A DNA stretch of 64,000 nt, from NCBI GenBank assembly GCA_963790205.1, contig CAWBNQ010000003.1, forward strand, positions 800,001-864,000, in the 5' to 3' direction. This DNA is from Nitrospirota bacterium. Lineage in GTDB: Bacteria > Nitrospirota > UBA9217. A program made the position numbers and the translations under genes. Below, one piece after another: positions 20,861 through 29,911 of the stretch. Numbering within the stretch: position 1 is the stretch's first letter; every line of letters begins with the position of its first letter. The notes beneath the pieces were generated by a model. That model was not told the origin of the DNA and made no database searches. It saw only the letters and a list, made by a program, of their open reading frames with translations.

Positions 20861-22060
20861 TTAAGAATGACCTAAACTCTTATATATCTCTTCGAAATTA
20901 ATACCTCCAATGGTTACGCCCTCATACGCTTCGGGAAGAGATTTTAAAACGCTCTCCAGATGACTTGAGGTTATACCGTGGGCAACGGAAAGTGATGCCT
21001 CCATATAAGCTGCAAGATGGTCACATGCCTTGATAACTTCTCCATCGACTGGAGAGAACCTGTCGTCGTTATATTGAGAATTCAATGAATCAGCAGGCAC
21101 AGCCTTTACCGTGCCATTTTCCAGAATCTTGCTGCTGAACTCGTCCTCGATGAAGTATTTTATCTCTTGGTGCCAGCTTTCAGGCAGGAGCGGAAGGATG
21201 CGTTCTTCTACCTGTTTCTTTTCGATTTCCTTGATCAAGTCTTCGAGTCCTGCAACAGACCTTTTAACCGGAGATACGATGTCCCGCGTCAAGACCTCGG
21301 GTAGATCATGGAAGAGACCAGCGAAGAAATTGTTTCTTACGCGGACATCACAGGCCCCAGCTTCCTCGGCACATATATAAGCAAGCACGGCAACAACCAG
21401 CATGTGCCCCATTACTGACGTGGCAGGAACCCTCGGCGATTTGGTCCACCGTTGCTGGAACCTGAGTTGGCCTACGAGGTCCGTGAAATTTCCGACTTTT
21501 TTTACGAGGCTGATCTTCTGCACCCCGATCATATCTGAATACAACTCGAGATCTTCCTCGATTTGCTGTTTCGTTTCGGTTATTTCATAAAAATGCTTGT
21601 TCAGTGGATAAACGATCCCGAATTCCCAATTCGTCGCTAGGTAGTGGGCCGCCTGGAGTATCCTCCGCTCATCGGGGAAGAGTCGCTCATTAAGTAAGTA
21701 AGCTTCAAAGCGGTCCATGAAGCCGCTGCTGATATCCCTGAGCGTATCGTTAAGCTGGTCGAGCACCCAACGGTTCAGCTTCTCTCCGCTATCGCGCATC
21801 ATCCGATGAAAGACCGGAGGCTTGATATCCGTGAGAACGGTCCGATGGAAAAACTCAAATAAGGCGCCCTCGATCAATACCTTCCAATCAACCGGAGATC
21901 CACCGCTCGTTTCTTCGAACTTCGCAAGAACATATGCATAAAACATTTTGTGTGCTTGTTTGTCTAATTCAGTAAAACCATGAGGTGGTCGGATATGGTC
22001 GTTCCAGCGTTGGATGTGGGCGGATTCGTAGATTAGTTCAAGGATGGCTTTAGTGATCAT
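20861..22060 (-). CDS. HD-domain protein with two YfbR-like repeats
   Basis: IQRWNDH..ELDKQAH..HR..LTDI; second repeat FQQRW..SVMGH..FHDLPE..TRDI..CDHL. Confidence 0.88.
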   Translation of the reverse strand: MITKAILELIYESAHIQRWNDHIRPPHGFTELDKQAHKMFYAYVLAKFEETSGGSPVDWKVLIEGALFEFFHRTVLTDIKPPVFHRMMRDSGEKLNRWVLDQLNDTLRDISSGFMDRFEAYLLNERLFPDERRILQAAHYLATNWEFGIVYPLNKHFYEITETKQQIEEDLELYSDMIGVQKISLVKKVGNFTDLVGQLRFQQRWTKSPRVPATSVMGHMLVVAVLAYICAEEAGACDVRVRNNFFAGLFHDLPEVLTRDIVSPVKRSVAGLEDLIKEIEKKQVEERILPLLPESWHQEIKYFIEDEFSSKILENGTVKAVPADSLNSQYNDDRFSPVDGEVIKACDHLAAYMEASLSVAHGITSSHLESVLKSLPEAYEGVTIGGINFEEIYKSLGHS

Positions 22061-22149
22061 AAGTGATTACGAACTGGTCGACAATAAACATATGATTGTC
22101 GCGCGTCGAAGGAGCGACATATTGCTACGACAGTGGAGCATTATGTTTA

Positions 22150-22638
22150 TCACCTTTTTCTGTTAAGTGGTGGCATTTCTAAGTGTTCATTAAAATAACG
22201 CTTCAGTAGGTCTCTCTCTGCTTTATCCGGTTGTGGATGAACTACATAATTGATAGCAATTGGTCCGTAGGTCTTAATTATATATTCATATCGTTTCCAA
22301 TTGTAGTCATCATCTCCACCTGCCTCCGTTGACGCATATTTGTAATGTCTATCGAACAAGCTAGTTATTGTTTTTCCAATATAGACAACGTCACTCGTGG
22401 ATTTTAGACGCGGTATCGCCCCCTTAGTGGTGGCCCAAACGTACACTACACCTACTGCACTATGTGCTTCATCGGATAAGAATACATTTTTAAACGCAAT
22501 TCGAAAGCTATCTCGGTTGCTACCTTCCAGTACTCCCGGAAGATTTTTTATTTCCCCATCAAGGTTAGCCATTAATTCATCATGATTCATACGTTTCATT
22601 CCTTTCTGCCTTTCTGGCGAAATAGCATTTATCTCCAT
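22150..22638 (-). CDS. GIY-YIG-like nuclease
   Basis: GVVYVW...VVYIGKT..L..R...AE..LL..Y...H...PPLN pattern. Confidence 0.7.
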   Translation of the reverse strand: MEINAISPERQKGMKRMNHDELMANLDGEIKNLPGVLEGSNRDSFRIAFKNVFLSDEAHSAVGVVYVWATTKGAIPRLKSTSDVVYIGKTITSLFDRHYKYASTEAGGDDDYNWKRYEYIIKTYGPIAINYVVHPQPDKAERDLLKRYFNEHLEMPPLNRKR

Positions 22639-22672
22639 GGTTGAGCGCGCAAATAAGGAATATCATTGTTAA

Positions 22673-23059
22673 TTACTTTCGTTTGACCTTTAGTACAACA
22701 ACTAGAGCCAAAACAGGAATTGGCACATCGCCATCGGTTTCCCAGCTATCGGAGGAGCTTCCGTTGTATGGTTTTAATGTTCTGCCATCCCATTCCCAGC
22801 TATCGGAGGAGCTTCCGTTGTATGGCTTTAATGTTCTGCCATCCCATTCCCAACTATCGGAGGAGCTTCCGTTGTATGGTTTTAATGTTCTGCCATCCCA
22901 TTCCCAACTATCGGAGGAGCTTCCGTTGTATGGTTTTAATGTTCTGCCATCCCATTCCCAACTATCGGAGGAGCTTCCGTTGTATGGCTTTAATGTTCTG
23001 CCATCCCATTCCCAGCTATCGGACGAACTTCCATTGTATGGCTTAATAGTTATGCTCAT
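22673..23059 (-). CDS. tandem-repeat protein (18-aa unit WEWDGRTLKPYNGSSSDS) with hydrophobic/basic C-terminal tail
   Basis: aaaagaggtg RBS; co-oriented with the island genes; repeat variants fall at codon third positions. Confidence 0.75.
   Translation of the reverse strand: MSITIKPYNGSSSDSWEWDGRTLKPYNGSSSDSWEWDGRTLKPYNGSSSDSWEWDGRTLKPYNGSSSDSWEWDGRTLKPYNGSSSDSWEWDGRTLKPYNGSSSDSWETDGDVPIPVLALVVVLKVKRK
22739..23047. repeat. 54-bp tandem repeat, 5 full copies plus a partial one
   Basis: Unit ttccca(g/a)ctatcggaggagcttccgttgtatgg(t/c)tttaatgttctgccatccca; no spacers. Confidence 0.97.
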
Positions 23060-23455
23060 CGAATTTCACCTCTTTTATTAAATGGTGGGTTGATTGCGTA
23101 GAATAATGCTAAACTCGACAACTCAATATAAGCGCAGTCTGGTCCACAATAAATGAACGGCTATTCTTTCTCCTTTTATATTTTACTGTCGCTGGATAAG
23201 AGTGATCACCGACAAAAAATTTGTCGCGTAGAATGTGTCAACTGTCTTTTAAAGGCCCTATCGACTAAGCAGAGCTATGATATGACAGAGTGTATATAGG
23301 AAGGATGTACTTGTCAATAATATTTCTGGTTCACAAATCTAATGAGGGCCAATCATTTTTACTCGGGTTAGCTCGTAAGCGCCAAGTTGTTCTCCAGTCT
23401 GATTTTCTCAACTCCTCGACCACTGTTTCCTTCTTGGAATATCTATATCCTCACA

Positions 23456-23824
23456 TCACTTTAACTTCATCGTGCAGATATACACGCTGAGAACAGAGGC
23501 TTCCTGCGAATTATTGGGAAGCCCACCGGCTGTTTTGGCATCATAGATAAAATCAATTATGCCCTTTGACACTTCATAAGATAGCGAAGCCTCTTTGTAT
23601 CCATCAAGAAGCTCTGTCTTGGATGCACCTCTTTTATAATGGTCGAAAATCTGAGATCCATAAAGAGATGCTACATCCTTGCAGATTGAAGCATTCTGAG
23701 GTGTCATCTGGTTGAGATTTTTCTGTGCCTTCCTCGAAAGTTCCTTCGCATCAAATGCTGAAGAGGATGAACAGCCAGCCATTGTTACAAACATCACGAT
23801 AATCAAAAGCGCAAGCTTATTCAT
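23456..23824 (-). CDS. putative lipoprotein
   Basis: MNKLALLIIVMFVTMAGC lipobox; aggag RBS. Confidence 0.75.
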   Translation of the reverse strand: MNKLALLIIVMFVTMAGCSSSSAFDAKELSRKAQKNLNQMTPQNASICKDVASLYGSQIFDHYKRGASKTELLDGYKEASLSYEVSKGIIDFIYDAKTAGGLPNNSQEASVLSVYICTMKLK

Positions 23825-24044
23825 ACGTGTTTTCTCCTGGCATTATTTTTTGTTACAGATATAGATCAATTATGCTTTACTTGCCCACTACATTTTCTTC
23901 AATGAACTTTAACCGCTCGGCCAAGTTTCTCCACGGCCCTCCACACATTTTCGCCATAAAAGGTGTAAGCATGCACTCTGGTTTATAATAACAATTATTG
24001 CACTTGATGGGTTTGTTTTCACCATTTTGAATTATCATTCAAGT

Positions 24045-24077
24045 AGAATAACACCAGCTACTGACAACAGTATGTCA
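24045..24077 (-). promoter_or_regulatory. putative WYL-regulator site/promoter A
   Basis: Palindrome TGACA-N6-TGTCA (24062..24077); minus strand reads TGTCAG-N10-TATTCT. Confidence 0.65.
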
Positions 24078-24455
24078 TACTCGAATAAGGGTTAAAGCTT
24101 TCTTTATCGTATTTAGCAAATATGCATTTTCTGGTGGCTTTATTATAAAATCAAATGCTCCCGTAAGAAATGCCTTCTTGGCCGTTTCCTTGCTCGCATA
24201 GTTCGCAAGTATGATCACCGGCATTCGCGGCCTGAATTCCCTCAACCTCCGTAGCGTTTCTAGCACTTCGAGCTCTGGCATGGTAGCATCCGTGTCTATG
24301 ACCGCTAGGGCGATTTCTTCTCTGGAAATTATTTCGAGTCCTTCCGCTGGGGATGTCGCCGAAATAGCCTGATAGCTCTCAGAGCAAAGAAGTCTGACAA
24401 GAGGCGCGAGAACTTCCTTGTTAAGGGTGATTATTAAAATTTTTTCATTATTCAC
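24075..24455 (-). CDS. atypical single-domain response regulator (receiver)
   Basis: Receiver fold (LAVID, P..PVIIL, GAFDFIIKP) lacking the N-terminal acidic pair; start uncertain (GTG 24455 or ATG 24488). Confidence 0.75.
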   Translation of the reverse strand: MNNEKILIITLNKEVLAPLVRLLCSESYQAISATSPAEGLEIISREEIALAVIDTDATMPELEVLETLRRLREFRPRMPVIILANYASKETAKKAFLTGAFDFIIKPPENAYLLNTIKKALTLIRV

Positions 24456-24462
24456 GAGATAT

Positions 24463-24496
24463 AAAATACCTTCTATTCCTGACAGCATTATGTCAG
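24463..24496 (-). promoter_or_regulatory. putative WYL-regulator site/promoter B
   Basis: Palindrome CTGACA-N6-TGTCAG (24479..24496); minus strand reads TGTCAG-N10-TATTTT. Confidence 0.65.
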
Positions 24497-24532
24497 TGGT
24501 TGAAATTTTTTATTTGAGAGAAAAATCAAGCT

Positions 24533-25513
24533 TCAGCGGCCTTTATTTTTTTTCTGATATAAAGCTGCCATTGATTTGAGTTCGCTTGCCACTTCTTTTC
24601 TGAATTCCGGCGGGGCAAGAACCTCACAGTCTGATCCCCAGTGATAAATCCAACGCCGGATCTCATCGGTGCCCTCAAGTGTGACCTTGAATATAATCGA
24701 CCCGTCTTTCTTGGTTTCTATCTTTTGTGATGGATGCCATTTCCGCCTTGTTATCCAGCGAGACATGCCGTGGCTGAACCTCAATTTTATCTCTACGGGG
24801 CTGCCATATCTGATGATATGCCAGCCTGCTTTGAAGTATTCATCCATGGAGAATCCCTGTGGAATGACATAATTTCTATGGGTTGCCGCGACATTTTGAA
24901 TGCAATCAAGAGCAAATTCCCGGATGCATTTCTTCTCGTGGCAGTAGGCAAGAGTGTACCAGACCCCGTTGCTGTAAAAGAGGCCATACGGATTTATCAT
25001 CCTTTGGGTCATCTTCTGGCTTCCCATAGCGTGGTACGTTATATCCAAGCTGACCTTCTCATCAAGGGCTTTTTGCAACGCGTCAAATTGCTTTTGAACA
25101 GCAGAAAAATCGTCGACGGGGTCTATATCAAACCAGTAATTTGAAGAAACGGTTTTCAGCCTTTGTCCTGTTTTATGTCCAGTCCCAAGCGTGATCTTCT
25201 TCATAAGACCGCTGTAAGCATTCGCAATCCCATGTCCCAGTTTGGAGAGCACAGCTTTGCTTGCCAGCATGGCCCTCGCCTCGTCAGTGGACAAATCAAT
25301 TTTTTTGAGCGAATAGCCTTCGGTAAATCGATAAGAGGCGGCGTCCTCATTAAAATAGACGGGGAAATCAAGAGAAAGCGCTCCGAGGTCCCTGTACACG
25401 GTCCTTTCTGCTACGCCGAAACGTTCGGCAAGACCTTTAGCAGTCACTTTCCCTCCTTTATCTATAAGGCTCAGGATTTCAACCATCCTGTTAACTCGTT
25501 TCATATCAGCCAT
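24533..25513 (-). CDS. HTH-WYL-WCX transcriptional regulator (YafY/PafBC/DriD-like)
   Basis: LAERFGVAERTVYRDL HTH; PYGL...GVWYTLAYC...IREF WYL; WHPSQ...WIYHWG..CEVLAP WCX. Confidence 0.93.
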   Translation of the reverse strand: MADMKRVNRMVEILSLIDKGGKVTAKGLAERFGVAERTVYRDLGALSLDFPVYFNEDAASYRFTEGYSLKKIDLSTDEARAMLASKAVLSKLGHGIANAYSGLMKKITLGTGHKTGQRLKTVSSNYWFDIDPVDDFSAVQKQFDALQKALDEKVSLDITYHAMGSQKMTQRMINPYGLFYSNGVWYTLAYCHEKKCIREFALDCIQNVAATHRNYVIPQGFSMDEYFKAGWHIIRYGSPVEIKLRFSHGMSRWITRRKWHPSQKIETKKDGSIIFKVTLEGTDEIRRWIYHWGSDCEVLAPPEFRKEVASELKSMAALYQKKNKGR

Positions 25514-25522
25514 GGATACTCC

Positions 25523-28500
25523 TCATTTTCCCTGTGCATCATCCGTGGAGGCCGCTCCATCACACATCACCTCATTCGGGCAATAACGGCATTTGTTCTC
25601 GTCCTGCGGCGTTGAGGTGAAATTGCCCGCCAGGATGGCCTCGATTGCCTTACGGGCCTTGTCCATGCTCTGATTCAGGATCGTCTCGAATTCATCTGTG
25701 CTTTTGGGGCTTGCGTTGGGCTTGGACGAGGGGTGATCGTTCCGCGCTTCCTTGTTAAAGAGCACAACGTCCCGGGCGCCTGCCCGGGTCTTGCCCGCGA
25801 GATCGTAATACGCGAGGCCTATCGGTTTCTTCAATGCCGGACCCTTGGCGAGCAATGCCCGCTGTGACATGACCGCATAGACGGGGAGTTGAAAAATGTC
25901 CTGGTCAACGTTCATTTTCGGCAAAGGATATTTGCCCGTCTTGTAGTCTACGATGATGAAGTTCCCGTTCTCGTCCACGTCGATTCGGTCTATCCTGGCC
26001 GAGAGTTCGACTTCCTCGCCGTTCGAAAGAAGAAGCGGATAACGCTCGATCTTTTGTTCAAGGTAGGCCGGACGGAATCCTTGTTTCCAGAATTTCTCTT
26101 CCGCATCAAGGAATCGCTCAGCCATGACGGTCAGGAACAGCTCTTTCTCCCGCCGGTTGCGGAAGGTGTCGGCCTCGGGATCGAAGGCTGAGTCAGCGAG
26201 TTTTCGTAAGATCGTCCGCGCCTCATCCCGGGCCGCTCTCGTGACGGGCCTGGTCCAGGAAAGATAGAAGTTCCGGAGGATCGCGTGCACTTTGCTGCCG
26301 CGGGCCATGGGCGAAATGTCTTCGGTCGGCTCTTCGAGCGGTTCGATGCGGAGAACGTATTTTACGTAATAATCGTAGGGGCACTTGAGGTAATCGTCCA
26401 GCTCGGTGACCCGGAATTCCCGTTTCACGAACGGCGTGTTACCCTGAGCGCGTTCTTCAGGCTTATAGTCGAGGGCTGATCTGATCCCGGACACGCCTTC
26501 GATGTTCGAATTCAGGATCTCATCGAGCCCTTTGATGCTCCCCGCAAGACCGATCGCCTTTGCCAGTTCAGGAACGCTGCGACTGTCCTCGATCTTTAAA
26601 CTGAACTGAATACCGGAGGTCTTCCCGATCCCGCGATTCAGCAGGCCCGCCTCCTTGAGCGGGGTCAGCTCCTCCAGAAAGGGCGACGGCACCACGGGCC
26701 TGTCGCCCTCGTTCTCCGGCCAGGTCAGCGTGATAGTATCAGCCGAGAGCAGGAGACGGTAAAAATGATAGGCTGCGTTCAGGCGCGCCCGCTCAAGCGT
26801 GCGCACGCCCATGGCCTCGAGCGTCTGCTCGGGAAGGAAGATGTTCTGCGGCAGGCGTTGGGGAAACTTGCCGTCTGCAAGCCCGCCGAGGTAGATCTCC
26901 TGCCAGGGAGTGCCCAGGCTTTCCTCGAGCCCCAGGATCTGCACGCCCCCTTCGTCCTCGGGCGGCACCTGGAAGCGGGTGTGCATGAAGGTCTTCTTCA
27001 AAAGGAAGAGCCATTCGTGGAACGTATGCGTATAGCCGGCGAAAAGGCTCCCTGCCCGGGCAAGCGACCCCAGCGTTTCGATCAGTTTCCGGTAGGCCTG
27101 GAGATTGACATTGAGGGGGCCGTGAATTGCCGCGACCCTGGCGCCGAGGCCTGACCAGGCAATGAGAACGTCGAGGCGCTTCATCCAGATATTGAGCGGC
27201 GCAGTATCCTGTGAAGAAAAAGGTTCGAGTGCTGCAAAGAGCTCGTTCAATGGTCCGGTCAGTACGTCGGAAGCGCTTTCATCAAGCTTGTGGAGTTTAA
27301 GCGCTGCAAGGAGTTTCTGCCTGCCGCCAATAATGCGCCTGTCCCGCATGAGCCGGTCGAGCGCCGGAGCGATCGTCCGGTTTTCGGCGAACTTCAAAAA
27401 AGGAGAACTAAAGACGCGCAGGAGCGACGGGCCGGAGAAATCTTCCTGGCATGCGCGAAGGAGCGAGACCACGGCAATGGCAACCGCCGAGGTGCTGAGC
27501 TGCCTGCCAAGCGCGCGGTTGTAGGGGATGCCGTAGTCGTTGAATATCTCTTCCACGAGCGGGCCGTATTCGTCGAGCGCGGGAAAGGCAATGAGGATCG
27601 AGTCCGCCAATGTGCCGGTTTTGAGCGATCTCTTCACCTCGCCGGCGATGAGCGTAACCTCTTCACGGGTATTCACGGCTGAGAGCAGATTGATCGTCTT
27701 TGCGAACGATGAAGGTTGGGGAGCTTTGTCCGCTATCTCGGAAAAAGGCCTGTCCGAAAACAGGGCCGAGGCAAGGAACAGCTGCTCGTCATCCGCGTCA
27801 ACTCCCGCCTCCTTCGGAAGGACCCCGATACTGACAAGAGAATCGTGAACAATCCTGAGGGGATGATATTCACCTGCACGTTTAAGCAGGTCTGATGAGG
27901 GAACGTTAACGAGCCATGTGCAGTTTCCGCAGTCCGCCACTTTTTTAAGAATGTCCGCTTCGAGCGGGCCGATGTCCTGAATGCCGTCGATGATGATCGT
28001 GCGATAGTGCGCCAGCCAGACGGGATCGAAGCGGTCGCGAAGGTATGCGCGCATCCCCGCGGGATCGGTAAGGTTGCCCTCTTTTAGAGCGTTTTGATAG
28101 CGGGTATACACGTCAAGGAGCAGCCGGACTTGCGGTTTGTCGAAAGAATCCGAACCTTGTATCTTTACCGAGAGGTCGTCGGGGTTTATGCCGGCGCCCG
28201 AAAGCTGCTCGATCATTGTTGCCACTGCCGAGGTGAGCGACGGCGCGAGCAGGTCGGGACTGAGAGGGAATGAGGAGAAATTGCTCAGGCGTTCTTTCAC
28301 GATGCCTTCGAGAAGGACCAGCCTGCTGTTCTCGTCCATCAGAAGGGGCCCGTTGAGACGGCCATAGAGCAGCTGAAGGAACTGGTGGAGCGTCTGGACC
28401 TCGGGCTGGACCAGCGCGGCGGACCCTCTGCGCTCCGCGAATTCCAGGAACAGCCTGCCGTACATCCGCTTCATGCGCGAAGAGGGCACGAGGATTAGAA

Positions 28501-28612
28501 CGTCGTTATACAGGAAGGGCGCAGCCGGCCGCGAAGACAGAACATCTTCAAGCACGCGCTTTTTTTCTTCCCAGCCGGCGCTTCCATATGGCAGAACGAG
28601 CGCTTTCAACAT
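25523..28612 (-). CDS. addB: AddB-type inactive helicase / PD-(D/E)XK nuclease with Fe-S cysteines
   Basis: CPYDYY, RGSKVH, RIDRID..IIVDYKTG, QLPVY, C-terminal CRYC...C. Confidence 0.88.
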   Translation of the reverse strand: MLKALVLPYGSAGWEEKKRVLEDVLSSRPAAPFLYNDVLILVPSSRMKRMYGRLFLEFAERRGSAALVQPEVQTLHQFLQLLYGRLNGPLLMDENSRLVLLEGIVKERLSNFSSFPLSPDLLAPSLTSAVATMIEQLSGAGINPDDLSVKIQGSDSFDKPQVRLLLDVYTRYQNALKEGNLTDPAGMRAYLRDRFDPVWLAHYRTIIIDGIQDIGPLEADILKKVADCGNCTWLVNVPSSDLLKRAGEYHPLRIVHDSLVSIGVLPKEAGVDADDEQLFLASALFSDRPFSEIADKAPQPSSFAKTINLLSAVNTREEVTLIAGEVKRSLKTGTLADSILIAFPALDEYGPLVEEIFNDYGIPYNRALGRQLSTSAVAIAVVSLLRACQEDFSGPSLLRVFSSPFLKFAENRTIAPALDRLMRDRRIIGGRQKLLAALKLHKLDESASDVLTGPLNELFAALEPFSSQDTAPLNIWMKRLDVLIAWSGLGARVAAIHGPLNVNLQAYRKLIETLGSLARAGSLFAGYTHTFHEWLFLLKKTFMHTRFQVPPEDEGGVQILGLEESLGTPWQEIYLGGLADGKFPQRLPQNIFLPEQTLEAMGVRTLERARLNAAYHFYRLLLSADTITLTWPENEGDRPVVPSPFLEELTPLKEAGLLNRGIGKTSGIQFSLKIEDSRSVPELAKAIGLAGSIKGLDEILNSNIEGVSGIRSALDYKPEERAQGNTPFVKREFRVTELDDYLKCPYDYYVKYVLRIEPLEEPTEDISPMARGSKVHAILRNFYLSWTRPVTRAARDEARTILRKLADSAFDPEADTFRNRREKELFLTVMAERFLDAEEKFWKQGFRPAYLEQKIERYPLLLSNGEEVELSARIDRIDVDENGNFIIVDYKTGKYPLPKMNVDQDIFQLPVYAVMSQRALLAKGPALKKPIGLAYYDLAGKTRAGARDVVLFNKEARNDHPSSKPNASPKSTDEFETILNQSMDKARKAIEAILAGNFTSTPQDENKCRYCPNEVMCDGAASTDDAQGK

Positions 28613-28643
28613 TGCGGCATGATTATGCCACAAGTAAAAATTA

Positions 28644-28672
28644 TTGACAATGATTAGTGCATCGTCTATAAT
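28644..28672 (+). promoter_or_regulatory. sigma70 promoter
   Basis: Exact TTGACA-17-TATAAT upstream of ferredoxin-trxA. Confidence 0.85.
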
Positions 28673-28689
28673 TTTGAAACAATTGTTAT

Positions 28690-28884
28690 ATGCAGTATAG
28701 CGTTACGGAAAATAAGTGCACGGGATGCGGGACCTGCCTGGATGTCTGTCCGACCGAGGCGATAAAAATGATCGCGGGGCGCGCGAAGATCACGATGGAC
28801 TGCATCGACTGCGGGGCCTGCCCGCGTGTCTGCCCCGAAGGCGCGATCAAACAGGCGCTTCCTGCGGCCGTTCAAAATTCATGA
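28690..28884 (+). CDS. 2[4Fe-4S] ferredoxin
   Basis: Two CxxCxxCxxxCP motifs. Confidence 0.95.
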   Translation: MQYSVTENKCTGCGTCLDVCPTEAIKMIAGRAKITMDCIDCGACPRVCPEGAIKQALPAAVQNS

Positions 28885-28908
28885 TTACATCGTTTGAAGG
28901 AGGTTATG

Positions 28909-29232
28909 ATGGCTGAAGCCGTAACGAGCGCAACATGGGACCAGGAAGTACTGAAGGCAAACGGACTCGTCCTGGTCGACTTCTGGGCGGTATGGTGCGG
29001 GCCCTGCAGGATGGTGGCCCCGATCGTAGACGAGATATCCAAGGAGTACGAAGGAAAGATCAAGGTCCTCAAGCTCAACACCGATGAGAACCCGGACGTG
29101 GCGGGCAAGTACCGCATCATGGGCATCCCGACGTTGATGTTCTTCAAGAACGGCCAGACCGTCGACCAGGTCGTCGGCGCCGTGCCCAAGGCACAGCTCA
29201 AAACCAAGGTGGATGCGCTTCTCGCAAAATAA
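28909..29232 (+). CDS. trxA: thioredoxin
   Basis: [11 protein letters not shown] and IPTL motifs. Confidence 0.97.
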   Translation: MAEAVTSATWDQEVLKANGLVLVDFWAVWCGPCRMVAPIVDEISKEYEGKIKVLKLNTDENPDVAGKYRIMGIPTLMFFKNGQTVDQVVGAVPKAQLKTKVDALLAK

Positions 29233-29364
29233 GACGTCCTCCCGTTTTTAACTTGAACCGGGCGTGTGAACGCCCATCCGTTATGGTTCTGTATGGCCGG
29301 CTGCCCGCTTTCGAAAGCGGGCAGCTTCGTTTTCACGCTTTTTAAGGCGAAGGAGATCCATTCG

Positions 29365-29844
29365 ATGTTCAGGAAAGCCCTCGTGTTATCGGTCCTGGTC
29401 ATTGCGATGCTGTTCGGCTGCACCGCCGGGAACGAAAGCTCCGCATCATCGGACTTCAAGTTGCAGGATTTAAACGGGAAGATTGTCAAGCTTTCCGATT
29501 TTAAAGGCAAGCCGGTGCTGCTCGACTTCTGGGCCACCTGGTGTCCTCCGTGCCGCGCCTCCATTCCGGGGATCGAGAAACTGTATAAGACCTATAGCGG
29601 CAAGGGACTGGTTGTGCTCAGTATATCGCTCGACGAGGGCGATTGGGATTCGGTGAAGTCCTTCGCAACCGAACAGGGCATTACCTATCCGGTGCTCAAG
29701 GGGACCGAAGACGTTGCTGCGCAGTTCCAGGTGCGCACGATTCCCATGCTGGTCATCATCAATAAGGAAGGCAAGATCGTTAAACGCTATCTCGGATTCA
29801 GTGATGACGATGAGCTCGAAAAGGACATTAAAACCGTTCTGTAA
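29365..29844 (+). CDS. TlpA/ResA-family thiol-disulfide oxidoreductase lipoprotein
   Basis: Lipobox LFGC; FWATWCPPC. Confidence 0.92.
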   Translation: MFRKALVLSVLVIAMLFGCTAGNESSASSDFKLQDLNGKIVKLSDFKGKPVLLDFWATWCPPCRASIPGIEKLYKTYSGKGLVVLSISLDEGDWDSVKSFATEQGITYPVLKGTEDVAAQFQVRTIPMLVIINKEGKIVKRYLGFSDDDELEKDIKTVL

Positions 29845-29869
29845 CAATGCGAGGCGACCGGTTTTTTCA

Positions 29870-29898
29870 TTGACAGGGAACAGGCCTGCCGCTATAAT
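29870..29898 (+). promoter_or_regulatory. sigma70 promoter of the tRNA
   Basis: Exact TTGACA-17-TATAAT. Confidence 0.85.
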
Positions 29899-29911
29899 AA
29901 TCTTCGAAAAA

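Noticed and set aside
22739..23047. Possible CRISPR array
   Set aside because: Contiguous 54-bp units with no unique spacers, an open reading frame throughout, and no cas genes in the window.
23405..23460. Sec readthrough at the lipoprotein TGA (followed by TGT)
   Set aside because: No clear SECIS-like hairpin, no recognisable redox motif, and only a short extension.
25523..26400. Cas4 nuclease
   Set aside because: The Fe-S PD-(D/E)XK domain is the C-terminus of a ~1030-aa AddB, with addA nearby and no CRISPR context.
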